From: Cycas panzhihuaensis
Lineage: Eukaryota > Plantae > Cycadophyta
Length of the DNA stretch: 64,000 nucleotides
Reading direction: 5' to 3'
Assembly (NCBI GenBank): GCA_023213395.1
Contig: CM041465.1
Span: forward strand, 195,183,741-195,247,740
Below, one piece after another: positions 28,169 to 41,600 of this stretch (position 1 is the first letter of the stretch; each line of letters opens with the position of its first letter). A program made the position numbers and the translations under genes. Under the pieces are notes generated by a model. The model ran no database searches. It was given only the letters and a program-made list of their open reading frames with translations, and was not told the origin of the DNA.

Positions 28169-30141
28169 TGTGGTATCAGAGCTAGAAGGGGATCTATTCA
28201 CTCCATTCCACTTGCATAGAGTCATTTTGCCTCTCCTTCACCTTCAATGTGAAGTATTGAGAGTGCATTCATTTTTTTTAACATTTTGAGAGCATAAAAT
28301 TATAGTATTTTGTATGTTGCTGATTTGTACATATGTGCAAAAATTTAGAGGAGAATATAGGTTTTTGAAGCCGTTCAGCTGCTGGAATAGTCCCGGGAGC
28401 ATTAAAGGCCCAAATTTTTATAAAAAATTAACCATATTAGAATTTGATGAAATTTGGCATACAAGGTCGCCTTCACTAGAGGATCATTTTTGTCTTCTGG
28501 AGAAACTTTAGATTTAGCCTACAACAGTGAATTTTGGCTGTAACAAAAAGGGTAAATTTTGTGGATCAGTGATTTAAAGCACTTTTCCTATTAAAATCCT
28601 TCAATTATATTATGAAGATCTAAAAGTTTTATTAAAGTATCTGGTACATTTATGTCTTAATGTCATTTTAAGATAAATCTCATCAAATTTCATCCACTGG
28701 TTAGTGAGATCTATGCAGTTTTCTCACAGTTGCTGATTTTGCCTACTCAACCCCATAAAGGACATTGCAAGGGCATTTCAGGTAATTTTTTGGCAGAGTT
28801 TATAAATGGTGCAGAAGGGAAAGTTAATGTACATATCAAAATGTAACTTTTGACATATTGAAGTCCAGATTCTGAGATAGTTGATCTGGCATGATTGTTG
28901 CTTTGGTGTTTTTTCGGACAGAATTTTTTTTGTGGATTTTCTAAAATTTGGCTTCATAAATCTATCAGAAACGACATTCTGAACACTTTTTCCTTCTGTT
29001 ATAAATTTAGATTTCATCATTTAGGCCTTCATATTTGTAATTTCTAAAAATTGCCCATTTATCATTATTTGTAAATTTTGTAAAAAAATCACAAAATAGG
29101 GTAAAATAGCATGCATATAAATTTAGAAAAATCATCATTTTCATAACAAGTTGATCCATTTTTTAGCCCATTATGGCTTTTGTATTAAAACTTCCAAAAT
29201 CATATTTGAAAACATTGTACTAAAGCAAGGGAAACCTTGGATCAGAAGCAACATCTGGTTCCCCTGCTAAATCTAGCATGCTTTTCTATTTGCACACATA
29301 GCATAAAGCATCACAAAAGTAGCAACAACAATAAAGCATCACAAAAGCAGCAGCAATAATAAAGCATCACAAAAGCAACAACAACAATAAAGCAAGCAAG
29401 CACATTTGGCAAGTTTCTATTTCAATTTTCAGTTATACGGAAACATCTTACACTATTCCTAAAAGAAATCTCATCCGTATGATCTATACCACCAGTTCTT
29501 GACTTGTGCGCACACTCGCCTTAGTTGAAATAGATAAAGGTTGGCCGAAGTCTAGGCCCTAAGGGAGGTGTGAGTTTCATACTAGGTCTAGTCTTAACCA
29601 AAATAGTGGTGGAGGGACAGCTTAGCCATACCTACAGCCTCCAATTAGGGATAATCTTGATAACCACCCAGGGCAAGATTAAAATTAACCTGGTCCAATA
29701 TCCGTCATAGTCGTAGGATACATAGTACCGTTTGACTCTTCGGAAGAGGTATAAAGCTGCTCATTGGTGAACTGGGTGAGGACTGGGAGTACTTGGGCTC
29801 CACTGTGACTTGGATTTCATCACCAAACGCAGGTGTGGGTATCGCGGGTGAAGGCCCTAATCATATACTAGAAGTCTTAGGCATCGAAACCTCACCTACA
29901 TTTGGATATAAGTGAGAGGTTAGTGACATGACACATCACCACTCTTTGCCAGCTCTACATTAGGCCTCATTCTTGTATCATTACTTATATTTATTTTTTA
30001 ATATAATTGTTGAAAAATAGTTAATCATTGCCCGCTTCTCATCATAATAATCATTTCTACATCCCTACTGCGCCAGGTGTATTAGCCACACATGTCAGTG
30101 GCACATACTTCTATCATCTCTTCTACTTCTTCATCATCACC

Positions 30142-33100
30142 ATATCATCTCAATTCAAGCAAAATGTTAACTATATATTGAAAAGCAAAGAAAATTGGGA
30201 TATATGGTACACTGGAATTAAAAATGCTACAAAGTATGAAGGCCTTTGGAGAGCCCATTTGTAGCCTACACCCAGTACACCAAGCGGCTATAATGCTCGA
30301 GTGGATCCGCTAACGCCTATAGATCTTTGCGTTAAACTACAATGGAAGATAGACGATGAAAAGATTCATACAAGAATTTTGTTGGTCATTGATCACTCCT
30401 TGCATAACTTGATAAACGAAGAGGAACATGATACATCCTGGAAGGTCCTAAAAGTTCTTAGAAAGAACTTTGATACAAAGTCAGATTTAAAATTTGTTCA
30501 TCTTGTTTTGAAAATGAACAAATTAAAAATGTAGAAGGGACGAGCTCATGAGATAATAAATCTCTTTCGACCAATCAAACAGGCAATTGATAAAGACTTT
30601 AAGACCTAATGCATCACTTGGGCATTTTTGATCCAGTCATGTTTACATGTTCCTGATTATAAAAACTTACTTGGAAGTCTTCAATCTAGTGGAACATTGA
30701 AGATACTCAACTTCGAAGAACTTACCGAGAAGTTCATAGAATTTGACAAGACCTTTGATACAAACTTTGTAGCCTCTGACTCTCTTCCAGATGCAACCTT
30801 TGAGGTAGAAGAAGAAGTTTGCTACACAAAAAATCAAGGTCCCTCTCGTGGTAGAGGAAATAACCAAGCAAGAGGAAGAGGAAGAAATATGGGAAATTGT
30901 CCACAAGGTCAATCAAATCCTCAATCACAACCTCGACAGTTTCAAGGCCAAGGGCCACCTCAACAAAGAGCAAGACAGTCAGGTCAAACTAGTACTTCTT
31001 CAGGGACTGGTAATCAAACTATTATATATGATTGGTGTAACCGTAAAGGACACTTAGCAAAAGATTGCAGAACTACCACTTATAAGTTGGCTAAGTTCCA
31101 ACCAAAACATGGAGCTTACAATGTTGAAGAAACTTGTGAAGAATCCTTTAGTGGTGTAGGTTTTGTACAAGCACACATTCAAAGAATTAAGGGATCTTTA
31201 GCATCAAATGCCATTGACCAACCAAAGAGATACTTTGAAGGTCGGTGTGGATATATCACTTGTGAATTCCCTTCACCAATGCCAAGCCCTATTAGAATTG
31301 CTAATAGTGTGGCTCCAATCGATGGACAGTGGATCATGGACATAGGAGCAACTCAACATATAACATGCAATCGCAGTCTATATCAAATATTTGACTCAAA
31401 TATTCATGGAGTTGTTCACATGGCTGATAAATCACAGCAACCTGTTGAAGGAATTGGCAACATTCACCTGAAACTCCCAGGCTTAAAAGATTTTACATTA
31501 CTTGATGTCTTATACATACCCAATCTCAAACAAAACCTACTCTCTTTATCTACACTTGTTTCTCATGGATTTGATCTGAGTGTAACCGCAAATGACCAGA
31601 CTCTTAAGGTCATTCACCCTCCAACTAATCAGGTGGTTTTGACTGGACATCTCTCTGGCAAACTCTTTCGACTAAATGGTTCTCCATCTTCTGAAGCCCA
31701 TTATGCCCAAAGCCCTTGTGCCGATGAAGAATTTGCATTTAATTCCATCTTGACCCATCCAACGTTGTCACCAGAAGCTCTTTGGCATGCTTGTATGGAC
31801 CATGTTCACATTAATAGATGTAGAGATCTTTCTAATACTCTTCCAAACCTTCCAAAGTTTTCCTCTAAGCCCTTTAAATGTGAAGCTTGTATCATTGCCA
31901 AATCTCATGGATAACCCTTTCCCCAAAGTCAGTGGAAATCAAGCCATCCATTACAATTGGTACACTCTGATTTGTGCGGGCCAATGCCCATTCCTTCACT
32001 AAAGGGCAAGCTATATTACATCTCTTTCATTGATGATTTCACTAAAAAAGGATGGGTAGCTTTTCTACACAAGGAAGATGAAGCATTCTGTATATTCAAG
32101 GAATTCAAAGCCCTCACTGAAAAAGAGTCAGGTTATCAACTAAAATGTCTTCGAATTGATAATGGTGACGAATATACCTCACATGAGTTTGAAAGCTACC
32201 TTCGAGACAATGGCATCAAGCATCAAACAACAGTAGTAGGTACCCCACAACAAAATGGAGTTGCCGAGTGCATGAATAGGACAATTATGAACATGGCTCG
32301 TGCTATGTTAATATATAAAAATGTACCTGCCTATCTATAGGTTGAAGCAATCTGGACAGCTATTTATTGTATCAATGTTGTTAGCCCATCAAAGGAAGTA
32401 CAATCACCTAATGAAAAGTGGTCAGGACAAGCCCCCATTGTTCACTACTTTAGAATTTTTGGCTCTACATGCTATGCCCATATTCTGGATACAGATAGAA
32501 ATAAACTCCAGCTAAGGGCATTTAAAGGCATCTTTGTTGGATACCCTATGGATAAGAAAGGGTATAAGGTCTTCATACCTTTACAACGAAAAATCATCGT
32601 TACCAGAGATGTCATTTTTATGGAGACAGAGGACCAGTTACTTAAATTAGACTCCATAGTACCCTCACGCCACTACAATAATGTTATCAAGTATGATGTT
32701 TAGATTCCAAAATTTGGGGATAGACATAAATTACTCCAAATGTTGGAAGCTGACAATAGAGCCTTGGAGGATACAAGTTGTGACTCTGAACCAATGAGTG
32801 CACATCGAGCACCATCTTTTGAAGATAGCAGAGTTGACAAAGGCAAAGCCATTATAGAAGAACCATCCTCTCCACCTTTAATTGATAAAGGCAAAGTAGT
32901 GGTAGAAGGACCATCTTCCTCAGGCACATCAGCATCCTCCTCACAAAATAATCATTTTAATGAACATGATGAGAACCAAGAAGTTGGGGAAATGAGGACA
33001 TCATTCCTAATTCGAGGATCTCAAGAAACCCACCAGCTCAATAAGGACATATGACCGGATGAGGTGGGCAAAACTGGTACTCGAAGTGCCCATAGAGCAA

Positions 33101-34707
33101 GGATGCATGAATCATTATATACTGAGCTTGAACTAGTAGAATTGCACCTTACTCTTAATGACGAGCCCTTAATGTACCGAGAAGCTGTAAAGCATACAGC
33201 TTGGAGAAACGCCATGAACGAAGAGTACCAATCTCTTGTGAAGAACGATACATGGGAGCTTGTTGATCTACCACTTGGCAGAAAGGTAGTTCAAAATAAA
33301 TGGGTGTTCAAAAATAAATATAGATCATATGGCACCCTTGAAAAACACAAGGTGAGGTTGGTAGCTAAAGGATTTACACAAAGGGAAGGCATTGACTACA
33401 CTGAAGTCTTTGCACCTACTACCAAGTGGCCTATAATTAGAACTCTTGTGGACTTGGCTGCTCAACAGGGTTGGAAAATCCACCAACTCGATATTAAGAC
33501 CGCGTTTCTTAATGGAGATCTTGAAGAAGAAATTTACATGGCTCAGCCATAAGGATATGATATCGAAGGTCAAGAGCATAAGGTTTGTAGGCTCAAAAAG
33601 TCCTTGTATGGCCTCAAACAAGCCCCTCGCGCTTGGTTTTCCAATTTGTCTAAAAGGATGAGGCAACTTAGATATGAGGTTTGTGACTATGCAGATATTG
33701 ATGCAACATTGTTCATCAAGCACCATAAAGATAAAGTCACTTATCTCACAATCTTTGTGGATGACATGCTAGTAATGGGTAATAGTGAACAGGCAATAAG
33801 CCAGCTGAAAAAGGACCTTGGCAAAACGTTCAAATTGTCTGATATTAGTTTGATGAAATATTACTTAGGAATTGAAGTAACACAAAAGAATGGAAACTTT
33901 TTCCTCTCCCAAGAAAAATACATCAATGATCTTCTAACCAAGTTTCAATTAGAAGATGCTCGACCAGTGATGTTACCTATGGATCCTAACACCAAACTCT
34001 CAGCTAAAGGTGACACTAGGGAGGCAGCCGCAATACTCTACAGGAAACTTGTAGGTAGTCTCATTTACACTACCAATACAAGGCTAGATATTATATACTC
34101 TGTCAGTATTCTTGCTTGTTATATGACAAATCCTAAGCAAAATCATTGGAAAGCAGCAGTGCGAGTGTTGAGATACCTTAAGATGACCAACAAATATGGT
34201 CTGTTGTATGAACCTAATTTAGACTTCAAGCTTTCTGCATATACAGACTCAGACTTTGCAGGAGATAAAGATACAGGAAGATCTATGTTTGGGTATGTAA
34301 CGTTTCTTGGAACAGCACCAATATCATGGAGATCCAGATGGAAGAAGATAGTTGCAGATTCAACTACCAAAGCTGAATACATTGCTGCTTCTAAGACCAG
34401 TAAAGAGGTGATATGGCTAAGAAAATTATTAGAAACATTAAATATCACCCAAACAAGTCCTACAAGTCTTTATGTGGATAATCAATCAGCAATCTGCATG
34501 GTAAAAAATCCTATATTTCACGATCGTACCAAACACATAAGTACGAAAGTCCACAGGATTAGGGAACTTATTCATGATGGCACAATTTAATTAGATTACT
34601 GCCCTACAACAGATCAAGTGGTCGATATCTTCACTAAACCACTGTAAAGGGTGAAGTTTGAACAGTTCCGAAGGCAGCTCGGCCTTAGGGCCTCCATCTT
34701 CGATTGA
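30142..34707 (+). pseudogene. Copia gag-pol with several premature stops
   Basis: Zinc knuckle (Y/C)DWCNRKGHLAKDC, protease WIMDIGATQH, GAG-pre-integrase LWHA, integrase VHSDLCGP and [26 protein letters not shown] and FVDDML, RNase H YTDSDFAG. Confidence 0.95.
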
Positions 34708-35155
34708 TCAAAGAAGATGGCAACAGGATCATCATACTCTATTCTCTTCGTGAAAACCCCTTGTGGACGCAGAAGAATAAGAGTAAGTCTCTGCTCTATC
34801 CTCTTTGTGAAAACCCCATGTGGGCACAGAAGGATAAGGGTTGTACTTGTTTTGGAAAATCAGAACCTATGAAAACCCAAAAGGGCATAGGGGATGACCA
34901 AACAGTATATGGAGACTTAGTAGATTAAGTTGCACATTTAAGCTACTTGGCTATCAGGCTACATCAAAGAGCCACCTTAGCTATTTTTTATTTATAAAAG
35001 GGGCTATAGATCTTAGAAAGTTTGTGGGTTTTTATTCCCCATGAGGGTTTTCCCACAAAAGTGTCATTTAGAATTTCATTGTAATAATGAGGCTCAAATG
35101 AAGACCTCATAGAATAGATTTTCTAAAAATGACCTTCCACCATTAAGGGGGGGAT

Positions 35156-35467
35156 TGAAAGAGGTTAATGTATCAAGATCATTTGTGTAGATTAATTATG
35201 TGACCTTAAGATATATTATTAGCATTAGTTTCTTAATGAAATGTACTTTATGTGCATTTAGATATAATTTAGGGTTCATATCATTAGGCGAGAAAATCCT
35301 AACCCTAATGCTCACCCTCAATAATAAAAGGAGAAATCTCAAGGAGGGAGTAATTATTCATTCTCACCTCCAAGCTTGCTCTTATATCTTGTTTCATCTT
35401 CTTTTTCATTCTCCATTGCCATTGTGTGCATGTGAGTGATTTATCTCCTAGATCCATCCTTCCTTCA
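35156..35467 (+). repeat. 3' LTR of copia copy A
   Basis: Follows the PPT and runs TGAAAGAGG...TCCTTCA. Confidence 0.93.
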
Positions 35468-38400
35468 TAGGCCCCATTGTTTGGTTTCCTTACCGTGGAT
35501 ACACCTTCTAAACTAGTCAATTTACACCTCCTTGGTGTTGAATAGGTTTTAATTATAATTGAGGTCATGGTGGACCCAAACAATTAGATTTAGAGGTCCT
35601 ACCCAATGCATAAACTGAACATTTGTAAGTGGAGATGAAGTTAACACATGACTTGCCTTAGATACTAAGAAGATGTAAACATGTGTACATAACTATATAT
35701 AAATATTCTCTCTCTCTCTCTCTAATTAGCTTGGGAGGGTATCACTCCATAATGATAGTTCAGTGGTGAACCAATATTGTTGAACCCACTTTCTAGATGA
35801 TACACTTGATCTAATCTCATGCTTGTCATAAGGGATAAGTTGATTACAGTCAATACACGATTTTTACTAATATATAGTGGGTGCTAAGAGTAATTCATTT
35901 TGAAAGGTATGATGGTGATTAGCCTACCTATAGGGCATTAGACCTTAAGGCTTATAACAAGAGTGACTTTTTGGTAAATCATGAGTAATGAGAAACCTAA
36001 AACCAAGTCCTTAAGGGATGAACTGATGGTAGTTGAAGGGATATCTAGTGAATGAGAGGCATTAATTAACAAACCTTAAGAGAAAATCTAGAGTGGGCCT
36101 TAGAGACTTACTATAATGAGGATTATGTGATACACTAAAAGGGTAGTGCACACAAGATGTTAATAGAGTGAATCAAAGATCATTAGTGAACTTATCTTAA
36201 ATGCAAGTAAATGAGGTCTAAAGGTTGCTTATCCATAGGTATAATTTGCTTGAGAAAGGAAAGAATGCTACAAGATTTAGAGAAAGTAAACAAGAAGGAT
36301 TACATGTGCCATCTCTATAAGTTTGGGATTAACTAGTTTGTTTAGTAACCAAAGCCACTAAATAGAGCAACTAATACCAAGCTTATGAAAATAGAAGTTT
36401 GGATTGCATCAACTACCCTAATGAAAAGTCAAATATGATTCAAGGGACATGTCCAAGAAGAGTCATAAGAATACCTATCAGTGTTAAGTAACCTCAATTA
36501 ACTAATGTTCATATGATGCTTCTTAAAGAGGGACTCGATGCTTATTAAATAGATCTAAGAACCTATTTAGTAAGGATTAGATCTCTTAAATATGTCAAAT
36601 TCTCCCTTGGTTATTTTAGAGCATAAGAGGCTTTTAGGGACCTACACTTTGATAAGGCTCTACCTAGCCCACAATTCTCACATGAGTTTATCCTTATAAG
36701 TGCTTTCTTTTATTCCTAAGTGTGTTGCTTTCAAATCCATATCATATCCACTTTTCTTTTTAGAGATTTGGTTACCTCATATTCATAAAAAAAGTATAAA
36801 GTCCACATGCCCCCAAGCATTGGGCTTAAAAAATAAGGTTACAATTTAAGCTCATTGTAGGGTATATGTAGTTTATCTTTATTTTATAGTGAGACTACTT
36901 AACCTTTCTAGGAATAATACTATTTTAAGTTAATGGTTCTCTAGAATTTGAGGCCTTCAAGGGTGACCAAATGGTAAGCTCCATTATGAATCTCTTTAAT
37001 GACCAAGTAGGGATTGACATGCTTAGGAGCAAACTTGTTTTGTTTATCACAAAGGTACTCCAACTTAAGCATTTTTTCATCCACATGGAATTTTCTAGGC
37101 TTGAGGCTTTTATCATGAGCAGTGTAGGCTTTGTTCTTAAAAAGCAATTTCTTTTGGTAGGCCTTTATATGGGTCTCATCCATTTTCTTAAGCTCTAAAA
37201 GTTTGGATTGCCTTATCAATTATTCATCTATGAATCTTTTAAGTGATACTTAAAGGGAAAGGATCTCAACCCCCAAGAGAAGGATGACTTCAGTGCCATA
37301 AACCAAGGAGAATGGGTCATCCCTATCACATTTTACATAAAGGTGTGATAGGCCCAGAAGGCAATAAATAATTAGGTGTACCAATCCTGATGTAAAGTAG
37401 CCAACATTTTTATCAAAATTTTAGCTAACATCTTATTAAAGGCTTTAATTTGGTCATTAACCTAAGGATAATATGGAGATGACATGCGATGTATAATATG
37501 AAACTTTTCACATGGCTTGTTAACTTGGATGTTGCAAAATTAGGTCCCATTGTTAGTGATGATGGTGTTAGGGATCCCAAATCTTAAAATGATATGCTAA
37601 AAGATGAAGGTAATGATGACCTTCCTTATCTAACAATAAGTGGAATAACTTCACTCTACTTTATAAAATACTCCATGGTGATTAGGATGAACTTATGACC
37701 ACCCAATGATAGAGGGTAAACTTGCCCAATGAGATCAAGACCCCATTGGAAGAATGGCTAAGGCAAGATAACAACATAAGTGATGTTGTCGATTAATGAA
37801 TTAAGGAGGAGTGTACTTGACACTTCTTATATTTCTATGCATTGGCATATGTAACCTTGAAATGGTAGGCTAGTATTATCCTATATGAAGGATATAGTAG
37901 GTAATGGACTGGCCACTAGAGTGACTACCACATATACCATCATGCTATTTTGTTAGAGCAGCTTGTGCTTTCAAAGGAGTGAGGCATCTCAATAAGACAC
38001 TATTGAAGAAGTGCTTATAAAGAACCTCGTTTAAGAGTAGATGGTACCATGTAGCTACTCTAGCTCTCTTTATTTTCTTGGAAGAGGCATCTGAAGGGTA
38101 AGTATAATCTTGTAGGAAGGTTAAGATATTCTTTTACTAGTTAAGTTTGCTTGGGACAACATTGACTTGAAAGATGTACTCAGCTAGGAGTGTATCATTT
38201 ATGATACTATTATCTATGTTGGGAAGGGGTGCTAAATCTAGTTGATCAGTGATAACCATATTCATTTTTAACTTGTTATCAATCATTCATAAGTTGAACC
38301 CTTAAAGTAATAAGGCTCATTTACTTACTTGTCTAGTAAGATTAGTTTTAATAAGCAAGAAGCAAATTGGTTCTATTTACACAATGACTTGGGTGGTGTT

Positions 38401-38567
38401 GCTAAGTAAGTAATGACAGAACTTCTTAGTTGTAAAGACTAAGGCCAAGCACTTCTTTTTAAGTAATGAATAATTTATTTCCATGATAATCAAATTGTGG
38501 TTAATAAAATATAAGGCTTACTCATGTTAAAATTCATCTTCTTGGGCAAGCATACCCTCAAGGGATT
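35468..38567 (-). mobile_element. Tat Ty3/gypsy host element: RNase H, integrase and post-INT spacer (decayed)
   Basis: The minus strand gives SLEGMLAQED...CLALVF..KKF.HYLL (RH), integrase remnants including PFSLVYGTEVILLLGVEI, and a GPY-like KFAPKHVNPYLV. Confidence 0.8.
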
Positions 38568-38634
38568 TGTAGCATTCCAAACACTTTAAAAGGATATATG
38601 GATGACCTTCCTTAAGAGCAAATTCTCTCCTTTG

Positions 38635-41600
38635 CCACCTTAATTATCGACTTTATCCTCTAATTATGCAGAATCTTAACTTCCATCAGTGACATTTGCT
38701 TCTCCTTGACGTTATTAATATTCTCCCTGATCTTTGTGAAGATAATGTTAAAGATAGCATTCAGATCCATCCGTCTCTCCTGAAAGATCCTTCTTTTTCT
38801 TTCCTTCCAAATGTTCCACGACAGCATTGGGAAAGCACTTTTCCACAAGTTGCCTAATAATCTACTCCTGAAAGGACTTTGCCAAGAAGACTATTGGTCC
38901 TTAATGTTTCTAGAAAATATCCAATTCACCTCTAATTTATTGAGCAGAAGCCCCCAAAACTCTCTAGAGGAGGAACACCAGAGAAGAATATGATCCACGG
39001 ATTCCTCCTCTTTACAACAAAGAATACACTTATTAGTCATGTGAAAACCTCTCTTTTTGAGATTATCCACAGTTAGAATTTTCTTCCTAAGATATATCCA
39101 CCAAAAAACAATAATCTTAGGAATGAGATCTAGTTTCCAGACCCCTTCCAAGGTCTAATTCCTCTGGTCCCCTCTCTCTAAACAGAGGAAGTGATATCCC
39201 TGCTTGACAGTGTACTCCCTAGAATGGTTTGAGGGCCATACAACTGTATCTATCATCATTGTCTTTGGAATATAGTATTTGCCAAGAATCTTTTTGAGTT
39301 TAGTGAGACCTTCTTGAGGTAAAGACTCCCACTAGAGTTCATCGAAATTCCTCTAATTTCTGGCTCTCTCCCTCACAATCCAATAGCCTTTCATGTAAGT
39401 GTCAAATAATCTTTTACATAGGGCCTAAAGGGGAGTTAAAACTGGACAGTGCTTTAGGCCTTTTTCACTACACTAAGCATCCTCCCAAAATTTTATAGTA
39501 TTTCCATTACCCAAACTCCACTTCAAACCAGCTCTCACCATGTTTCAAGCTTTAAGTAGGCTCCTCCAAACAACTGAGCTAGAGGGGGGAACCACATTCT
39601 TAAGGAGATAGCCACCTTGAAGATGCTTCTGAAATAGGATCTTCTCCCATAGTCCCTCACCACCTTTGACTAGACGCCAACCCAGCTTGGCCACAAGGGC
39701 AAAATTAAATGTTGATATTCTTCTAAGATTTAAACCGCCAACCCATTTCAGTGTACAAACTTTATTCCAGCTTACCAGGTGAATTCTATCCTTTTCCTCA
39801 ATGCCAGACCAAAGGAATCTCTTCTGGATGGACTCCAAGATAGTGAAGATGCCAAGTGGCATTCTAAAAATGGACATCCAAGATATTGGGATACTTTGTA
39901 AAGATGTAGCCACAAGTTGAAGCTTCCCCACTTGGCTGAGAAGGGCCCCTTTCTAACCTGCCAGTTTCCTTTGAATTCGGTCAATGAGAGGGTTCCACAT
40001 ATCCTTAAATATCTTACCTATAAAAAGGGGCATACCAAGGTATGATGTAGGCAGCTTCTTGATTTCCATTTCTAAAATTCCACTAAACCTTCTTTGGGTA
40101 ATCCCCAAGGTATTTATAAAGTAGACATTACTTTTATTCAGGTTTACCTTTTGGTTTGTGGCCAATTTGAAGCTTCTCAAGCCTTCTTTAATCTTGGAAG
40201 CCTCCTTGATGGTTGATTTTCCTAGAAATATGTTATCATCCACAAATTGGTGGTGGACAACATTGTCCACCCCAGTTGTTGGTCGTAAACCTTTAATAAG
40301 CCTTTGTCTTTTTGTAGCCTCCATGGCTCTGCCCAACATTTCTATCATGGAAATATAGAGGAAGGGAGAAAGGGGATCTCCTTGTCTCAATCCTTTATAG
40401 CCCAGAAAAAATCAGGATGATGTGCCGTTGATGATAATTGAGTATTGGGGGCTAGATATGTAGAGCTTAATCCAAGCCCTCTATTTCGCGCCAAACCCAA
40501 ATGCCTCTAAGCACTCCAAAAGGCAATCCTATGAGACTTTATCGAAAGCCTTCAAGAGGTCTATCTTAATAAGCATCGCGGGCTCCTTCCTCTCCTTTAC
40601 TGAGTAGATTGTTTTATGAACCATAATAATACCATTAGTAATATGTCTGCCTTGGACAAAGCCATCTTAATTCTGAGAAGTTATGCAGGGCATGATCTTT
40701 TTTAATCTGTTGGCTAACACCTTAGTTAAGATCTTGTATTTAATATTCCAGAGGCTGATAGGATGGAACTACTCCATCCACTTTGCCCCTTCCTTTTTTA
40801 GAATGAGAATTAGAAATGTGGCTTCCCATTCTTGAAGGATCTTTTGATTTGAATGAAACTCCTACATCACCTCCATGAGATCATCCTTAATAATGTCCCA
40901 AAATTCCTAGAAGAACCCTAGAGGAAAACCATCCGAGCCCAGAGCTTTATCCCTCTTCATGCCAAAAACTGCCAATTTGACCTTATCCTATGTGAACAAA
41001 AGCTATCAACTAGGAATTTTGAGAATCGTCGACCAAACTGAGAATGTTCCTTAGAAAATCCTTTCTAACATCCTTGTCCCCCCCTTGCGGTTCAACAAAT
41101 AAATCTTTGAAATAGTCACTAGCAAGGTCCTTCAAATCTTTAATGGAGTTTACTACTAAACCATCTTTCCTTTGAAGACTAGTGATCCTATTACTCACTT
41201 TATGCTTTACTGTAGTCATGTGGAAGAATTTAGTGTTTCTATCCCTTTCAACAAGCCAAATAGCCCTAAACTCTTGCCTCCAGTGAATTTCTTCTTTATT
41301 AAGTAGCTCCTCTAGGTTTTCGACGAAGTCCCTTTCTGTTTTGTCCAAAGCTTGGGATCTACCCTCCTATTGAATCCTACTCTCGATTTCGTTCAAGTCC
41401 TTGATGGTTTGATCCTTGAGAGAATGGATGTTCTAGAATACATTCTTATTCCAAGCTTTAACTTGCCTTTTCACCCAATTTAACTTCTTCAAGAATTTGT
41501 ACATGGCATGACCCTGTATTTTGACATTCTACCATTCCTCGACCTTTTTCTGGAAGTCTGGGTGTCTGATCCATATCATTTCAAATCTGAAGGGGGATCC

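Larger units (their letters stand above)
27851..35467 (+). mobile_element. Full-length Ty1/copia LTR retrotransposon, copy A (pseudogenised)
   Basis: LTRs at 27851-28168 and 35156-35467 (TG...CA). PBS TGGTATCAGAGC at 28171-28182 and PPT AAGGGGGGGA at 35145-35154. Domain order is gag-PR-INT-RT-RH. Confidence 0.96.

Noticed and set aside
29303-29400. CRISPR-like appearance of the short repeats here and at 15790-16055 and 27110-27300
   Set aside because: Head-to-tail tandem repeats without unique spacers, no cas genes, and a eukaryotic TE context.
29500-29970. Hammerhead ribozyme or retrozyme in the copia leader
   Set aside because: I found no CUGAUGA...GAAA core with suitable stems by eye.
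27846-35472. TSD for copia copy A
   Set aside because: The flanks TAAGA and TAGGC match at only 3 of 5 positions, so no TSD is claimed.
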